A stretch of 64,000 nucleotides of DNA from Eledone cirrhosa (Eukaryota): contig OZ024748.1 of the NCBI GenBank assembly GCA_964016885.1, positions 49,972,001-50,036,000 on the forward strand, read 5' to 3'. Shown here piece by piece: positions 15,426-29,322 of this stretch. The notes under the pieces are model-generated. The model saw only the letters and a program-made list of their open reading frames with translations, was not told the origin of the DNA and did no database searches. A program made the position numbers and the translations under genes. Position 1 is the stretch's first letter. The number at the start of each line of letters is the position of its first letter.

Positions 15426-16415
15426 CCATCACCACAAAGACAACCACACCACTACCACAACCAATACTAAAACTACGACTGTAACCACCATCACTACCCC
15501 CACCACCACTACAACCTTTACCTAACCATCACCAATACTGCAACCATCACCAAACCACCACCACCACTCCAACAGCAGCAGCAACACCACCACCACTATC
15601 ATCACCACCACCACCACCATCACCACCACCATCATCACCACCACCACCACCACCACCACCACCACCACCACCACCACCACCACCACCACCACTATCATCA
15701 CCAATCCACCACCACCACCAACACCACCACCACCACCACCATCACCACAACCATCACCACCACCACCACCACCACCACCACCATCACCACAACCATCACC
15801 ACCACCACCATCACCACCACCACTATCATCACCAATCCACCACCACCACCACCACCACCACCACCACCACCACCACCACCACCACCACCACCACCACCAC
15901 CACCACCACCACCACCACCACCACCACCACCACCACCACCACCACTATCATCACCAATCCACCACCACCATCACCACCACCACCACCATCACCACAACCA
16001 CCACCACCACCACCACTATCATGACCAATCCACCACCACCACCACCACTACCACTATCATCACCAATCCACCATCACCAATCCACCACCACCATCACCAC
16101 CACCACCACCATCACCACCATTACCACCACCACCACCACCACCACCACCACCACCACCACCACCACCATCACCACCACCACCACCACCACCACCACCACC
16201 ACCACCACCACCACCACCATCACCACCACCATCACTATCACCACCATCACCACCATCACCACCACCACCACCACCACCACCACCACCACCACCACCACCA
16301 CCACCACCACCACCACCACCACCACCACCACCACCACCACCACTATCATCACCAATCCACCACCACCACCACCACTATCACCACAACCATCACCACCACC
16401 ACCTCCACTACTACT
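15421..16415. repeat. (ACC)n/(ATC) trinucleotide array
   Basis: Direct reading. Recurrent ACTATCATCACCAATCC interruptions. Confidence 0.95.
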
Positions 16416-16975
16416 TCGTATTAAGCATAAATACCGAGACAATCGTAGGCACCACTCTCACACAAAGCAGATACTGTATATCTAGGACGAAGGACGAAGG
16501 ACAATATAACTAGGCTCTCCACAGCCGTTCCCTACCTCACCAGATCACTATCAACTCCATCATTGCTAATAACACACATCAACATAAGTACATTAGTAAA
16601 GAATTGATCGTAATCACCGCTAGATGTCGTGATTTATGCGTTTTAGGTATCGATGAATATACACATCAACATACACACAGACACACTTGGTAGATTTTAC
16701 TAGTCACTATTCAGTTTTCATAGAATTTATTGGTAAAGTTTGTGTAATAAATTAGTTATACTTCTACAATGCACAAAATATGTAACACATTTTTATACTA
16801 TTCCGAATAGTAAATAATTATACAAATACAAAAGTAATTTTTTTAAACATGGACTGTCTAAAAGTGGGCATCAGGGTAAAATTAAAATCAAAGGGATACA
16901 TAGGTAAATTGTAGGTTGAGGGGCACAGGCATAGAAGCTTCAACTTTGGTCTGGTAATCATATTTTAAAATAAAA

Positions 16976-17032
16976 ACCCGACCGCCATCGCCGACTGGAT
17001 TCGGTTTGTATATGACAAGCCTTTTCAAGGGT
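16976..17032 (-). ncRNA. Hammerhead-like motif, U3-A8 variant with full stem III
   Basis: accc TTGAAAA ggcttgt catat acaaacc GAA(t) ccagtcg gcga tggcg GTC gggt. One core base is mutated. Confidence 0.6.
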
Positions 17033-17251
17033 GTACCTTTCTTATACACACTCGGCTTCTTACCACGAATAGAGTACTCCCCTGATTTGTGGCGTCTCCC
17101 CGGTCTCAGCACTTCAGATTATATATATTTATGTGTGTAGCAATATCTGTAGGCGTGGAAAGAAAAAAGGAAAACACTTTCTGAATCAGGAGGAGAGCAG
17201 AAATATGTATTTGTCCATGCCGGTTGATACATATACGCTTATTTATATATA

Positions 17252-17342
<91 letters not shown>

Positions 17343-17544
17343 ATATATACATATATATCCCCTTCTTTTCTTCTTCGCTCGTTGTTTCCTCAGCCTCACT
17401 TTCATATTTCTTATATTTTTTTGTTTTCAAATCCACATTTAATAAAAACACCATGTTTAATTCATTCTGACGACTGAAAGCAGATTTATTTGGTTTCAAT
17501 AAACCACTGGTAAATGAAATAATTATCTTATGTTGTTTATTACA

Positions 17545-17669
<125 letters not shown>

Positions 17670-17838
17670 AATAGGGATATAGAAAGCAAGCTTTGTTTAG
17701 AACGGCTAGTGAATGTTACCACCTAATTTTCAACTTCGCTAGCCGTTTCTAAACAAACCCTGATTTGTGTCACCCTATTTATATACATATGTATACCTGC
17801 TATGGTTACAGAGCTTCTAATTGAATGGACGGAAGAAT

Positions 17839-18025
17839 GGGTGCCGTGCTGGTGTAGTGGTAACATATTGGTCTGTCAAATCAAATATGTGCGTTCGTGT
17901 CCCATGTACTTCAATACTCATTTTTTTTTTTTTTTTCCATTCAGAGGGTTTTTTTTTTAAATCCCTACTAACAGACTAACTCTATTTAGTCAAATACGGT
18001 GAAAGCACATGTTACTACCTAATAT
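17839..18025 (+). mobile_element. tRNA-headed family 3 copy (diverged)
   Basis: TGGTGTAGTGGTAACA..GTTCGTGTCCC..CAATACTCAT..TTTAGTCAAATACGG then (TA)n. Confidence 0.65.
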
Positions 18026-18494
18026 ATATATATGCATATATATATATATATATTTATATTTATATTTATTTACGATTTATATATTTTTTCTGTGTTGTAG
18101 TAACTTCAAGGTGACTGCTTGGTTGTCAGGCAATATTGTTATTCTTTCAATATGGTTTTCTGAACCTTTCTTTATTATTTAACTAATATCACAATGAAAT
18201 TAAAACAATGACATTAAAACCAAGCAAGAACTGTAAAACAAAATCACTTTCAGCTACCAAGAAAATATCTCTTCACAAATCGCTTTCTCTCTGTCTCTCT
18301 GTCTCTCTGTCTCTCTGTCCCTCTTTCTCACACACTCTCTCTCTCAGTATCTCACTCTCATTGTGTCCATATTTCTCTGAAGCAAAATCTGAAATCGCCC
18401 TCTTTCTCAATCTAGCAAAGTATGAAATCTTTCTCTACCTCTCTCTGTCTAAGTTTCTATTTAGCAGATTCACACACACACATACACACACACA

Positions 18495-18526
<32 letters not shown>

Positions 18527-18609
18527 TATATATATATATACATCCGTTTTTATAGGCTAGGAACATATATAGTGAAAAAAAAAGTGCTTAAGCGAAATAC
18601 ACCGAGAAA

Positions 18610-19262
18610 AAGAGAGGTAAAGAGAGGTAAGAAAAGTGTGAGAGAGAAAGAGAAGGAGAGAGAGGTAAGCAAAGGAGGAGATAGAAAGAGAGGGAGAGAG
18701 AGGTAAGCAAAGGAGGAGAGAGAGGTAAGAAAAGGGGAAGAGAGAAAGAGAGGGAGAGAGAGGTAAGCAAAGAGGGAGATAGAAGGAGAGGGAAACGAGG
18801 TAAGTAAAGGGGAGAGAGAAAGAGAGAGAGAGGGTGAGAGAGAGAGAGAGGGAGTGAGAGGGAAAGGGAGGTAAGTAAAGTGGGAGATAGAAAGTGAGAA
18901 GTAAAGGGAGGTAAGCAAAGCTGGAGAGAAGAAGGGAGGGGGGAAGAGAGGTAAGTACAGTAGGAGAGAGAAAGATAGGGAAAAAGAGGTAAGTAAAGTA
19001 AGAGTGAGAAAGATAGGGAAAGAGAGGTAAAGAGAGGTAAGTAAAGTAGGAGTGAGAAAGATAGGGAAAGAGAGGTAAAGAGAGGTAAGTAAAGTAGGAG
19101 TGAGAAAGATAGGGAAAGAGAGGTAAAGAGAGGTAAGTAAAGTAGGAGTGAGAAAGATAGGGAAAGAGAGGTAAAGAGAGGTAAGTAAAGTAGGAGTGAG
19201 AAAGATAGGGAAAGAGAGGTAAAGAGAGGTAACCAAAGGGAGAGAGAAAGATAGGTAAAGAG
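18610..19262 (+). repeat. Purine-rich minisatellite with a 48-bp unit (about 5 copies at 18985-19232)
   Basis: Unit GAGAGGTAAGTAAAGTAGGAGTGAGAAAGATAGGGAAAGAGAGGTAAA, with more degenerate units upstream. Confidence 0.9.
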
Positions 19263-20017
19263 ATGGACAGAAAATATAGAGACAACTAACTGCAAACAAC
19301 AAATATGAATGCTGTAAACACTTAAAATGTTTTTAAAATTGAAAAAAAAAATGGAGCCGTTGAGAAAAAATATAAAATGTCGTATTAGCGAGGCTAACAT
19401 AAGAGGTCAAGATGACTATTTAAGGTTTTTCATTCAAATAACATCACTAACATCATTATAACGCTTCATACACCTACAAATCGATAGTACGTTTATCAAT
19501 GTTATTTTTTTTATTTTCAGCATGTCATTTCATATATCTAATACATCTAAAAGAAAATAACAGATGTATATGAATGGATATAGGTTTACATACCTAAGTA
19601 AATATGAGAAGAAAGCTATATATATATATATTACTTTGTGAATAAATGTATATAAATACATACTTACATACATACGTACATATATACATACATACGTACA
19701 TACATATATACATACGTACATACATACGTACGTACGTACATAGGTACATACATACATACATACATACGTACATAGGTACATACATACACTCCTATATACA
19801 TACTTACATACATACATACTTACATACATACATACATATATACATACGTACATACATACGTACATAGGTACATACATACATATATACGTACATAGGTACA
19901 TACATACATACATACGTACATATGTACATACATACACTCCTATATACATACTTACATACATACATACTTACATACATACATATATACATACATTAACACA
20001 CACATACATACATACGT

Positions 20018-20058
<41 letters not shown>

Positions 20059-20639
20059 TGTATATATGCATACGTAGATACATTACATACACACAAACAT
20101 ACATACATATATACATACATAGATACATGCATACATACATGCATACATTCATACATACTTACATATAAACATTCATACATAAATTCGAACATACATATAT
20201 ACATACATACAGGCAGACATATACACACATATATGAATGTATGTATATATATATATGTGTATGAGTGAGTGTATTTGCAGGAATCTGGTAGAAAATATAT
20301 ATTATTTATATTCAAGGTGTATTAAGATGTTCGGGAAGATTAATAGGTTTTATTAATTCCAATATGGAGGGCGAAGAAAATGAAGAGATAAGTAGACATG
20401 CAGATAAATTAAATAGATATGTAAATATATTTTCACCCTTGCATATGCAATTGCATTCAAGAAAATAAAGGTAAAGGACATCTTACAGCAATATACAGCA
20501 GACCGCTCAAAAGGTATTCTTTTACACGTATATACATGCATATATATATATGTACATGTATATATATATATATACACTTACACATATATGTACACACACA
20601 CACACATATATATCTATATATTTAAAAAAATATATATTC

Positions 20640-20710
<71 letters not shown>

Positions 20711-21671
20711 CATGTATGTATTTATTCATGCATGCGTGTTGTACATGTGTGTGTATATATATATGTTTCAATGCAGTGAGAGAGAGAAATAAACATATAC
20801 GTTTTGAAAGATAGACAGCTCTCTCTCTCTCTCTCTCTCTGTATAGACACACACACACTCACATATACACTCACACTCACACACACACACATACACACAT
20901 ATATACATATACATGTATCAATAGAGATATAGTGATATATATAGAGAGAGAGATAAAGATATGTATATTATGAAATATATTTTGTTTATCTATCTTTACA
21001 TCACATTTCTCAAGCTTCCTCATTTGTATTTTACTAATCCCTTTCAGATTGCTCTGATAGATTGGGCAGCCATTGCCTGTCTATCTTTCTTTCTTCCTTC
21101 CTTTCTTTCTATCTATCTTTCTTTCTTTCTTTCTTACTTTTTTCTTTCTTTCTTTTTTCTTCCTTTCTTTCTTTCTATATTTCTTGCTTACTTTTTTCTT
21201 TCTATCTTTCTTTCTTTCTTCATTTATATACTTTCTTCTTCTTGTTCTTCCCCCTCCCCCATCATCCCCCTTCTTCTTCTTCTTCTTCTTCTTCTTCTTC
21301 TTCTTCCCCATCCTTCCCCCCAATCCTCCTCCTCCTCCTCCTTCTTCTTCTTCTTCTTCTTCTTTCCCTTCTTCCCCATCCTTCCCCCCATCCTCCTCCT
21401 CCTCCTTCTTCTTCTTCTTCTTCTTCTACAGATTGGTTCACACCCTTCAAAATATCTTATAAAATAACAACACCCTATCTACTACACCTATATATATATG
21501 TATGTATGTATATCAGTAGCTTTACACTTCCTGTGTGTCAGTATCCCCTAAAGATCTATGACTTCTGGTATACATATAAAGACGGTCTGTGGCGAAAGTT
21601 GAAATTAGAGATGGTCTAAAGGAATGTTGAAGTTAAAGATAGCTATAAGCGGATGTAAGGTAAGAGATGTT

Positions 21672-21802
21672 CTTAAGTGAATGTTGAGGTTATTGATGGT
21701 CTTAAGTGAATGTTGAGGTTATTGATGGTCTTAAGTGAATGTTGAGGTTATTGATGGTCTTAAGTGAATGTTGAGGTTATGGATGGTCTTAAGTGAATGT
21801 TG
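21672..21802. repeat. 29-bp tandem repeat, about 4.5 copies
   Basis: CTTAAGTGAATGTTGAGGTTATTGATGGT at 21672, 21701, 21730, 21759 and 21788. Confidence 0.92.
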
Positions 21803-21911
21803 TGATAGCAGTGATCGTATCACAGCTTAAAATATTCACATATGCATATTTATTATACATAAACATGGTGTATATACAATTTTATTGTCAGTTACTGTGT
21901 TCGAACCACAC

Positions 21912-21946
<35 letters not shown>

Positions 21947-21948
21947 AA

Positions 21949-22163
21949 CGATCGACTTTCGTCAAATCGGACCGAGGGAACAATGTTTCCGTTGGTTTTC
22001 CAATTGCTAATACTATCTATCGGTCGCAACTCCAGGTAGAAGGAGCAACGTGAAATAAAATGTCTTGCTCAAGGACATAACGCATCGCCTGGTCCAGGAA
22101 TCGAACTCACAACCTTACGATTGCGAATACAATTCTCTAACCACTCAGCCACACGCCTTCACT
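21949..22163 (-). mobile_element. CORE-like SINE family 2 copy
   Basis: Reverse complement of 35347-35561 with few differences. Flanked by (TA)n. Confidence 0.85.
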
Positions 22164-22178
22164 ATATATATATATATA

Positions 22179-22710
22179 TACGATATTAAATAAATGGAAA
22201 CTATATTTATAAAACCATATTTATTTCATTATACATATTTCAGGGATACCAAATTAAAATATGGTATGCCTTCATCAGACAAAATACAATATATAAACAG
22301 TTTTATAAATAATTTTGACGTACCCTATTAGAAGCGACCATTACTTTTGGAAGCTGTCTGGATAGTGAGATGTTTATAATTATTTTATTAGTTGTAGTGT
22401 TAAGCACAGTTAGAAAAAAGACGGAGAGAAAAGAAAAACGGAGAGAGAGAGGGAGAGAGAAAAAAACAAGGAGAGAGAGAAAAGGAAGATATATATAAAT
22501 AGATAGGAGGAAATGAAAAAGAAAGAAAAAAGAAAGAAATAATATATTAATTTGGTATCCCTGAAATATGTATAAGGAAATAAATATGGTTTTATAAATA
22601 TAGTTTCCATTTATTTAATATCGTATATCTACTCCAAAAACTTGTCGAGTGCTTTATATCAGTTATAAAATATTTACTTGTTGTATCCCAACAATTCTAA
22701 ATTGAACTTT

Positions 22711-22715
<5 letters not shown>
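22179..22715. mobile_element. Penelope-like pLTR / HHR element family A with ~79 bp inverted arms
   Basis: 22179-22257 is the reverse complement of 22547-22625. Homologous segments at 25236-25545, 32190-32255, 32418-32700 and 56020-56303. All adjoin (TA)n. Confidence 0.7.
22222..22286 (-). ncRNA. Type I hammerhead ribozyme, family A
   Basis: tattttgt CTGATGA aggcatacca..tggtatccct GAAA tatgta TA atgaaata. Confidence 0.8.
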
Positions 22716-22746
<31 letters not shown>

Positions 22747-23304
22747 AACGAGTAGGAACCAGCACCATAGTACTCAATACTTAGGGTAGTAGAGTGGGTA
22801 ATAGCAAAAGGTATGACCCCGACGGCTGAGCTCAAGCCGTTTCGACGGCTAATTCTGGACTAAGTCATTCCTATTACCCACTCTACTACCCTAAGTATAG
22901 AGTACTTTGGTGCGTTATGGTCCACCTGGTTCCTTACCACATTTCCTCCGTTATATATATATATATATATTTATTTATATAAAATAAAATAAAAAATTGA
23001 CATATGCTTAAATAAATCACGCATTTACAGGAGAACATTTGTAAAAGGTTGTAAGAACATTTAAAATATAAATACCCAAATTTCAGTAATTATTTATACC
23101 CTTCCATACATATTCTATTATTGTTTAAGAATACGTTACACCAATTAAATGGCTGAGATCACTAATTTATCAAAGGATCATCAATGAAAGGTAGATTGAT
23201 CTATGAACTCACACCTCTAAATACCAATCTGGAACTGAAAAATAAACGCGCATGGTTAAAAATACTACCTTTCATCGTTTTCTCGGTGACGTGAAAGATA
23301 TATT

Positions 23305-23390
23305 GATTTCTTTATTAGCCACAAGGGCGCAACAAGAAAGGGGACAATACAAAGACATGCCGGGGATTTTACATACAGTCGTGTAAAAAA
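23305..23390 (-). mobile_element. Isolated 3' UTR fragment related to the Tx1 element
   Basis: Reverse complement reads ttttacacg..tgtatgtaaatcccc..ctttgtattgtcccctttcttgttgcgcccttgtggctaataaagaaa, matching 63575-63655. Confidence 0.75.
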
Positions 23391-23591
23391 AAATATAAAA
23401 ACAAACAAACGATAACGAGATATAGCAAGCAAAGTCTTCCAACTATATCACCTTTATTAAACATATATTTAGTAGCTTATTTATATTACTAACAATAAAA
23501 ATAATGCCAAGACTCAAAAAAATATTTCATGGGACCAAGTCTCACACACTGATCAATTAGGCCACAATCTTTACACACACACATACACGCA

Positions 23592-23623
<32 letters not shown>

Positions 23624-23695
23624 CACACAGACACACACACACACGCACACGCACACACACACACACACACGCACACGCACACGCACACGCGCACA

Positions 23696-23775
<80 letters not shown>

Positions 23776-23956
23776 AAGTAACATAAAATATATAATATGT
23801 ATGATGAAAATGTTTCTCAGTATAAAAGTTCAATGGATGTCAAGAGCATCAATAATGCAAATCTAGAAAAACAATATATATCATTAGAGAAACACATAGA
23901 ATTTTGTATAAATATATAAAAGCATACAATATATACTTAAGGTGGAAAAATTAAAA

Positions 23957-24081
23957 TACCTTACAGAACTGTTTCATGGCTCCTAGACCGGATTGAAAAT
24001 CAATCTATATAATCGATTATCGATTACCAACTATCGATTTTGGTATAGCTCCGGGAGGCGTAGAACTAATCGTCAGAGGAA
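23957..24081 (-). ncRNA. Hammerhead-like motif with ~95-nt stem II domain
   Basis: ttcct CTGACGA ttagttcta..ccgg..ccgg tc taggagccat GAAA cagttctg TA aggta. Confidence 0.5.
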
Positions 24082-24237
24082 AAACCTCTTGTTACTAGTA
24101 CAAATAAAATACAAAATACATTTATATCTGTCATGCTTCGAGAAACAGTCAATCCAGAACATATGGAGTGAATTAACATGTAACATGTAACACTGACATG
24201 TAACACTGACAGATACAAATAGGACTGGACGTCGCAT

Positions 24238-24300
<63 letters not shown>

Positions 24301-24302
<2 letters not shown>

Positions 24303-24492
24303 GGAACGAGTAGGACCCCGACGGCTGAGCTCAAGCCGTTTCGACGGCTAATTCTGGTCCAGAATTAGCCGTCGAAACGGCTTGAGCTCAGCCGTCGGGA
24401 TCCTACTCGTTCCTATTACCCACTCTACTACCCTAAGTATTGAGTACTTTGGTGCGTTATGGTCCACCTGGTTCCTTACCACATTTCCTTCG

Positions 24493-24495
<3 letters not shown>
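24301..24495. mobile_element. Fold-back insert family C (copies also at 22743-22953, 44518-44748, 53440-53632)
   Basis: 57-bp inverted arms (24301-24357 / 24359-24415, 1 mismatch, 1-nt loop) plus a unique tail ending ttccttcgtTA. All four copies are in (TA)n. Confidence 0.8.
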
Positions 24496-24554
<59 letters not shown>

Positions 24555-24839
24555 AGTGGTATCGTCATCAACCTGTCTTCCAGATATCGGCTATTTGTGT
24601 ATGTTTTGTGTATTTGTGTGTATATTTATATATATATACGACTAAATTTGGTGGTTTATCATTGTATAGTATTGGTTATTCTGCAATGTTGAGCGTGGCG
24701 TAGCATGAGAACAGCACTCGACGTTATGCAACTCATCCTTTTTTTAAAAAATCATGTTGGTAGTGAGGGAACGGAGTAAATGTATTATAAAGTGAAATGA
24801 CAGGAGGTCAAGTATGCTGAATTTCGTTAATTATTTATT

Positions 24840-24889
24840 TATGCACATTTCAGTGACCTGGTTGCGTAAGACCTCGGTGACATCTTCAG
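24840..24889 (-). ncRNA. Hammerhead core, family E (stem I decayed)
   Basis: CTGAAGA tgtcacc..ggtcact GAAA tgtgca TA. Downstream sequence is homologous to 46215-46270 and 52636-52740. Confidence 0.6.
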
Positions 24890-25033
24890 GGTAAATTGCG
24901 TAATAGATGTATACCAATGGAATGGTGGTAAAATTCAAAGAAACAAGTAAAGAAAAAAACAGAGAAGAAAAAAAGTGTGTTATGTTTTTGACCTACAGAC
25001 CAACGAAACAGCATGTTATACACACACACACAA

Positions 25034-25074
<41 letters not shown>

Positions 25075-25079
25075 CATAT

Positions 25080-25112
<33 letters not shown>

Positions 25113-25196
25113 CAAACACACACACACTCACAAACACACACACATTCACACACACATATATATATACAAACATATTTATATATATATATATACATT

Positions 25197-25235
<39 letters not shown>

Positions 25236-25275
25236 GATATTAAATAAATGGAAACTATATTTATAAAACCATATT

Positions 25276-25341
25276 TATTTCATTATATATATTTCAGGGA
25301 TATCATATTAACAATATGTTATGCCTTCATCAGACAAAATA
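25276..25341 (-). ncRNA. Type I hammerhead ribozyme, family A
   Basis: tattttgt CTGATGA aggcataacatatt gtt aatatgatatccct GAAA tatata TA atgaaata. Confidence 0.8.
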
Positions 25342-26482
25342 CAATATAAACAGTCCTATAAATAAATAGATATGACATACCTTTCAATCGACTTGCATTT
25401 GGGAAGTTGATTTGGCAGTAAAAAATATTGTGGACAGTTGCAAAAAGAAAGAGAGAAAGAAAGAAAGAAAGAAAAACGAAGAAAAAGAAGAAATGCATGT
25501 GACTAAATACCCGTTGTTAACCCAACAATTTAAATATAACTTTCCATATATATATATATATATACATTTTTCACTGCTCTAAGTCAGAGTCGATCCCACT
25601 GCATTTAGATAAAAGTCTAGACGTCATAGATATATCCAGACAACGAGCCTCAAATAATGACCAACCTGATACAAAGAGTATCTTTATCATTGAAAGTTAC
25701 GCGTGGAAGGACTTTATTCTATTCAACACTGACAACGAATACATTTGCATTTTCTATGAACGCTATATGAACGGTCTATGAACGCGCATTTTAAATATCA
25801 GAATTGACCATAATTAATTTAGTCCTTAATTAATTTTTTTTTCTTTCCTCAAATAGTATCATGGTTGTATGTTGAATGGCCCTATATTGAATTAGAAGCA
25901 GACTGTCCTGTAAAATTAATTGTCTTCAGTCAGATAGAAATGAAGATAATATAAGAATTATAGAATGTTGCCTAATCTCGCTATTGGTTTGTCGATTACA
26001 ATTGACATTGGCGTTGTTTAGAATTTATACATGAAATATCTTTGTCGGAATCTTTATTGCATCAATGCAGCTGCAAACGTCCTTTCTGAAACTGAAACAA
26101 AACTTGCCAAGCAATCAGTGGCTCACACACAATTTTGTCTACCTACATTATAAATCCGGTTAACTAGGAAGTTTTCTTATAATAACATTCAAATTCTTGT
26201 AATTTACATAGTGAAAAAAAAAAAAGTGAAGAAACAACAAAACAAAGAAAACAATTATGTAATCCAGATTTTGTACACGGCGAAGAACTACATCACCATC
26301 ATCAACATCGTCAACACAAATGTAATATCAACGACAGAACCCCCACCCCACCGCCTTCAACACCACTACTACCATCACCACTACTACCATCACCACTACC
26401 ACCATCACTAGCACCACCACCAGTACCACCATCACCATCATCTTTATCCTCACGGTTTAGATTATCTTTTCATCGAAATCAA

Positions 26483-26517
<35 letters not shown>

Positions 26518-26524
26518 ATAGTAA

Positions 26525-26715
26525 TAATTGTTTATACTTTAGGCACAAGGCCAGCAATTAACCAGTGCATTACTGGTACTTTATTTTATCGACCCCGTAA
26601 GGATGAAAGGCAAAGTTAACATCGGCGGGATTTGAACTCAGACCATAAAGGGCCGTAACTCTTTGCTGCAAAGCATGGCGTCAGACCCTCTACCGATACT
26701 GCCAATCCACTGCCT
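26525..26715 (-). mobile_element. SINE family 1 copy
   Basis: Full reverse-complement match including A and B boxes. Tail abuts an (ACT)n/(AAT) tract. Confidence 0.85.
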
Positions 26716-27058
26716 TTCTATTGATAGTAATAATAATAGCATTTCGTTTAGTGAAAAGGAGCAGTAGACGTCACAATTCTATACAATCCATTATGCATGT
26801 ATGTATGTTTGTATGGTCTTCTGGTCTTATTATTTTAACAAATGTTCACCAAGAGATAGAGTTAGGGATAGATAGAAAGCGCGGGGAGCCGGTTTCTAAC
26901 TTGGAAACAAAACTCTCTCTTTGGAAGATCCGTATGTATGTCTATATGTGTTTGTGTGTGTAGGTATGGATGTTATTGAATGCATGGATCTGTATGTTTC
27001 AAGTCACATGTGTGTACCTACTTATGTTTCTGTATTTATACATGTGTAAACGCAGTTA

Positions 27059-27290
27059 TTATATGCAGAATTTCAGAAATGTCTTACGTATATTTACAGT
27101 GCCAGCAAAGGACAATATTTGCAAATCCCTGGCTCTTTCTGGTTCTGTGAAGCCCAGATTCTCACGATTCGTACTGACATAGTTAGTAATATTTCCAAGA
27201 GCCCCAATGACTACAGGTACAATTCTAAAGGTATAGTCAAGGTGGAATGTCTGCAGTTTCCTCCTCATTACTTCAGTATAAATGTTCTTC
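27059..27290 (-). mobile_element. Second, divergent R4/Dong-like C-terminal fragment
   Basis: Translation FRIVPVVIGALGNI...LQILSFAGTVNIRKTFLKF parallels the VVPIVIGALG..GTA..LRYVL tail of the 39449 element. Confidence 0.7.
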
Positions 27291-27319
27291 TCTAAAGTAA
27301 TCTCTACAGTAATCTTCTA

Positions 27320-27648
27320 TTAACATCGATAAAGTAAGTTCCAGTCATGCACTGGGGTCGATTCGACTTTCCCCTTGGCCAAAAATTGCTAGCCTTGTGC
27401 CTAAATAAGAAACCATTATTGAGAGCAGTGGGTTTGCAGTATCGGTAGAGCATCGGACAACATATTTTGTGGCATATAGTTACATCCCTTTACCTTCTGA
27501 GTTCAAATCTCGCCGGGGTTAGGTTTACCTTTCATCTTTACGGAGTCGATAAAATAAGGTACCAGTAACTCATTGGGGTCGATTTAATCCACGTTCCCTT
27601 TCCCGCCAAAATTGCTGGCCTTGTGGCTAAATCAGAAACCATTATTAT
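27320..27648 (+). mobile_element. Two tandem SINE family 1 copies (long subtype)
   Basis: A partial copy at 27320-27420 and a full copy at 27422-27648, both with the extra GGGGTCGATT..CCCC segment. Confidence 0.8.
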
Positions 27649-28190
27649 CCCTCCTTTAAAGTTTCATAGTTCTTATAGAAACTTCCTATGTTATATTGAC
27701 TGTGTATTTAGAGCAACATTGTTTACAAGAAAACAAATACATGATATATTTTTGTTTTCTTAATAAAGGCTTTGCCCTATTTTTTATAGTCACACTCCCG
27801 CACAACCTTACATAGTAGAAAAAATGACAGTCACAAAAATTCATAAACACATGAATAGAGACACGCACAAGCATAATCACGCAAATTAGCATAAATGAAC
27901 ACACACACGCACACATACGCACACACACACACACGCACACGCACACACACAAACAACAAACACATGTAAACACACACACATACATACACAAACACATACA
28001 CACACGCACACACACATACACACACACACACATGCCCCCCCCCCCACACACACGCACACACACACAAACACAAACACACATATATATATAAGTTCACGTT
28101 TTTTTAGTTCATAACATTGTCATGATAAACGAAAGAAACTTCAAACACAAAAAAAAACTTACATTATCCGTTCAATGCAGCCACACACAG

Positions 28191-28234
<44 letters not shown>

Positions 28235-28759
28235 ACACACACACACACACATACACACACACGCATTCATACACATATACAAACACACATACATTAGAAA
28301 AAGCATGTTTGTCCTTTTTTTTTTTTACAAGCATGCAAAAAATAAGCAAAATAATGAATAACAAAAAAATAAAATAAATATATAAGAATATCGTTAGAAA
28401 AAACCCCTCCATCAGATTCTGACATCAAAATATGTAGTAATAACAATATTGTTAATAACAACAACAACAACAAAAATTAAAATAATGATAATAATAATAA
28501 TAACAACAACAACATCATAATAATAATAAATATTATTATGATGTTGGTGTTGATGATAATGGTGATGATGATGGTGGAATAAAATAATTAATAAAACAAA
28601 AGCTAATAAAAGTAAAAAAGCAGGAAGAAAGTTGTTCACGTTCTCTGTCTACCCTTTAGCAAAGTATGTGCTGTTCTTGAAGATTTTAAACTAGAAAACT
28701 AATAAACTTAACAATACTTTTTCTTCTGATATTCCTCGTTTTTCAGGTTTTGATACAAG

Positions 28760-28923
28760 CACACACAAACACACACATATAGAGACACACACACACATTC
28801 AAATAGACGAACACATACATGCATTCAACCCCTCACACACACAGACACACACACAGACACACACAAACACACATATATAGAGACATACACATTCAAATAG
28901 ACAAACACATACATGCATTCAAC

Positions 28924-28967
<44 letters not shown>

Positions 28968-29283
28968 TAGAGACATATACATTCAAATAGACAAACACAT
29001 ACATGCATTCAACCCCTCACACACACACACAAACACACATATATAGAGACATACACATTCAAATAAACAAACACATACATGCATTCAACCCCTCACACAC
29101 ATACACACACACACACATACACACACATATAGAGACACACACATTCAAATAGACAAACATATACATGCATTCAACCCCTCACAGACACGCACACACACAC
29201 ACACACACAAACACACACATATAGAGACACACACATTCAAATAGAGAAACACATACATGCATTCAACCACTCACTGATACACA

Positions 29284-29322
<39 letters not shown>

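Noticed and set aside
14321-16485. Poly-Val/Ala (367 aa) and poly-Thr/Pro ORFs
   Set aside because: Pure trinucleotide arrays with no unique coding flanks or splice support.
16888-17112. 74-aa complex-looking ORF as a host exon
   Set aside because: No recognisable domain. The segment is better explained as a hammerhead-bearing insert (16976-17032).
17467-17480. CTGACGA-ct-GAAA, and other isolated CTGANGA hits (9054, 13084, 38115, 41283, 43965, 57097, 63878)
   Set aside because: No stem II and/or no stem I/III support. Chance matches or too decayed to call.
18550-19400. Three overlapping 240-270 aa Leu/Ser/Phe-rich minus-strand ORFs
   Set aside because: Products of a pyrimidine-rich 48-bp minisatellite that is open in all three frames.
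21672-21802. 29-bp repeats of CRISPR-like length
   Set aside because: Directly tandem with no spacers.
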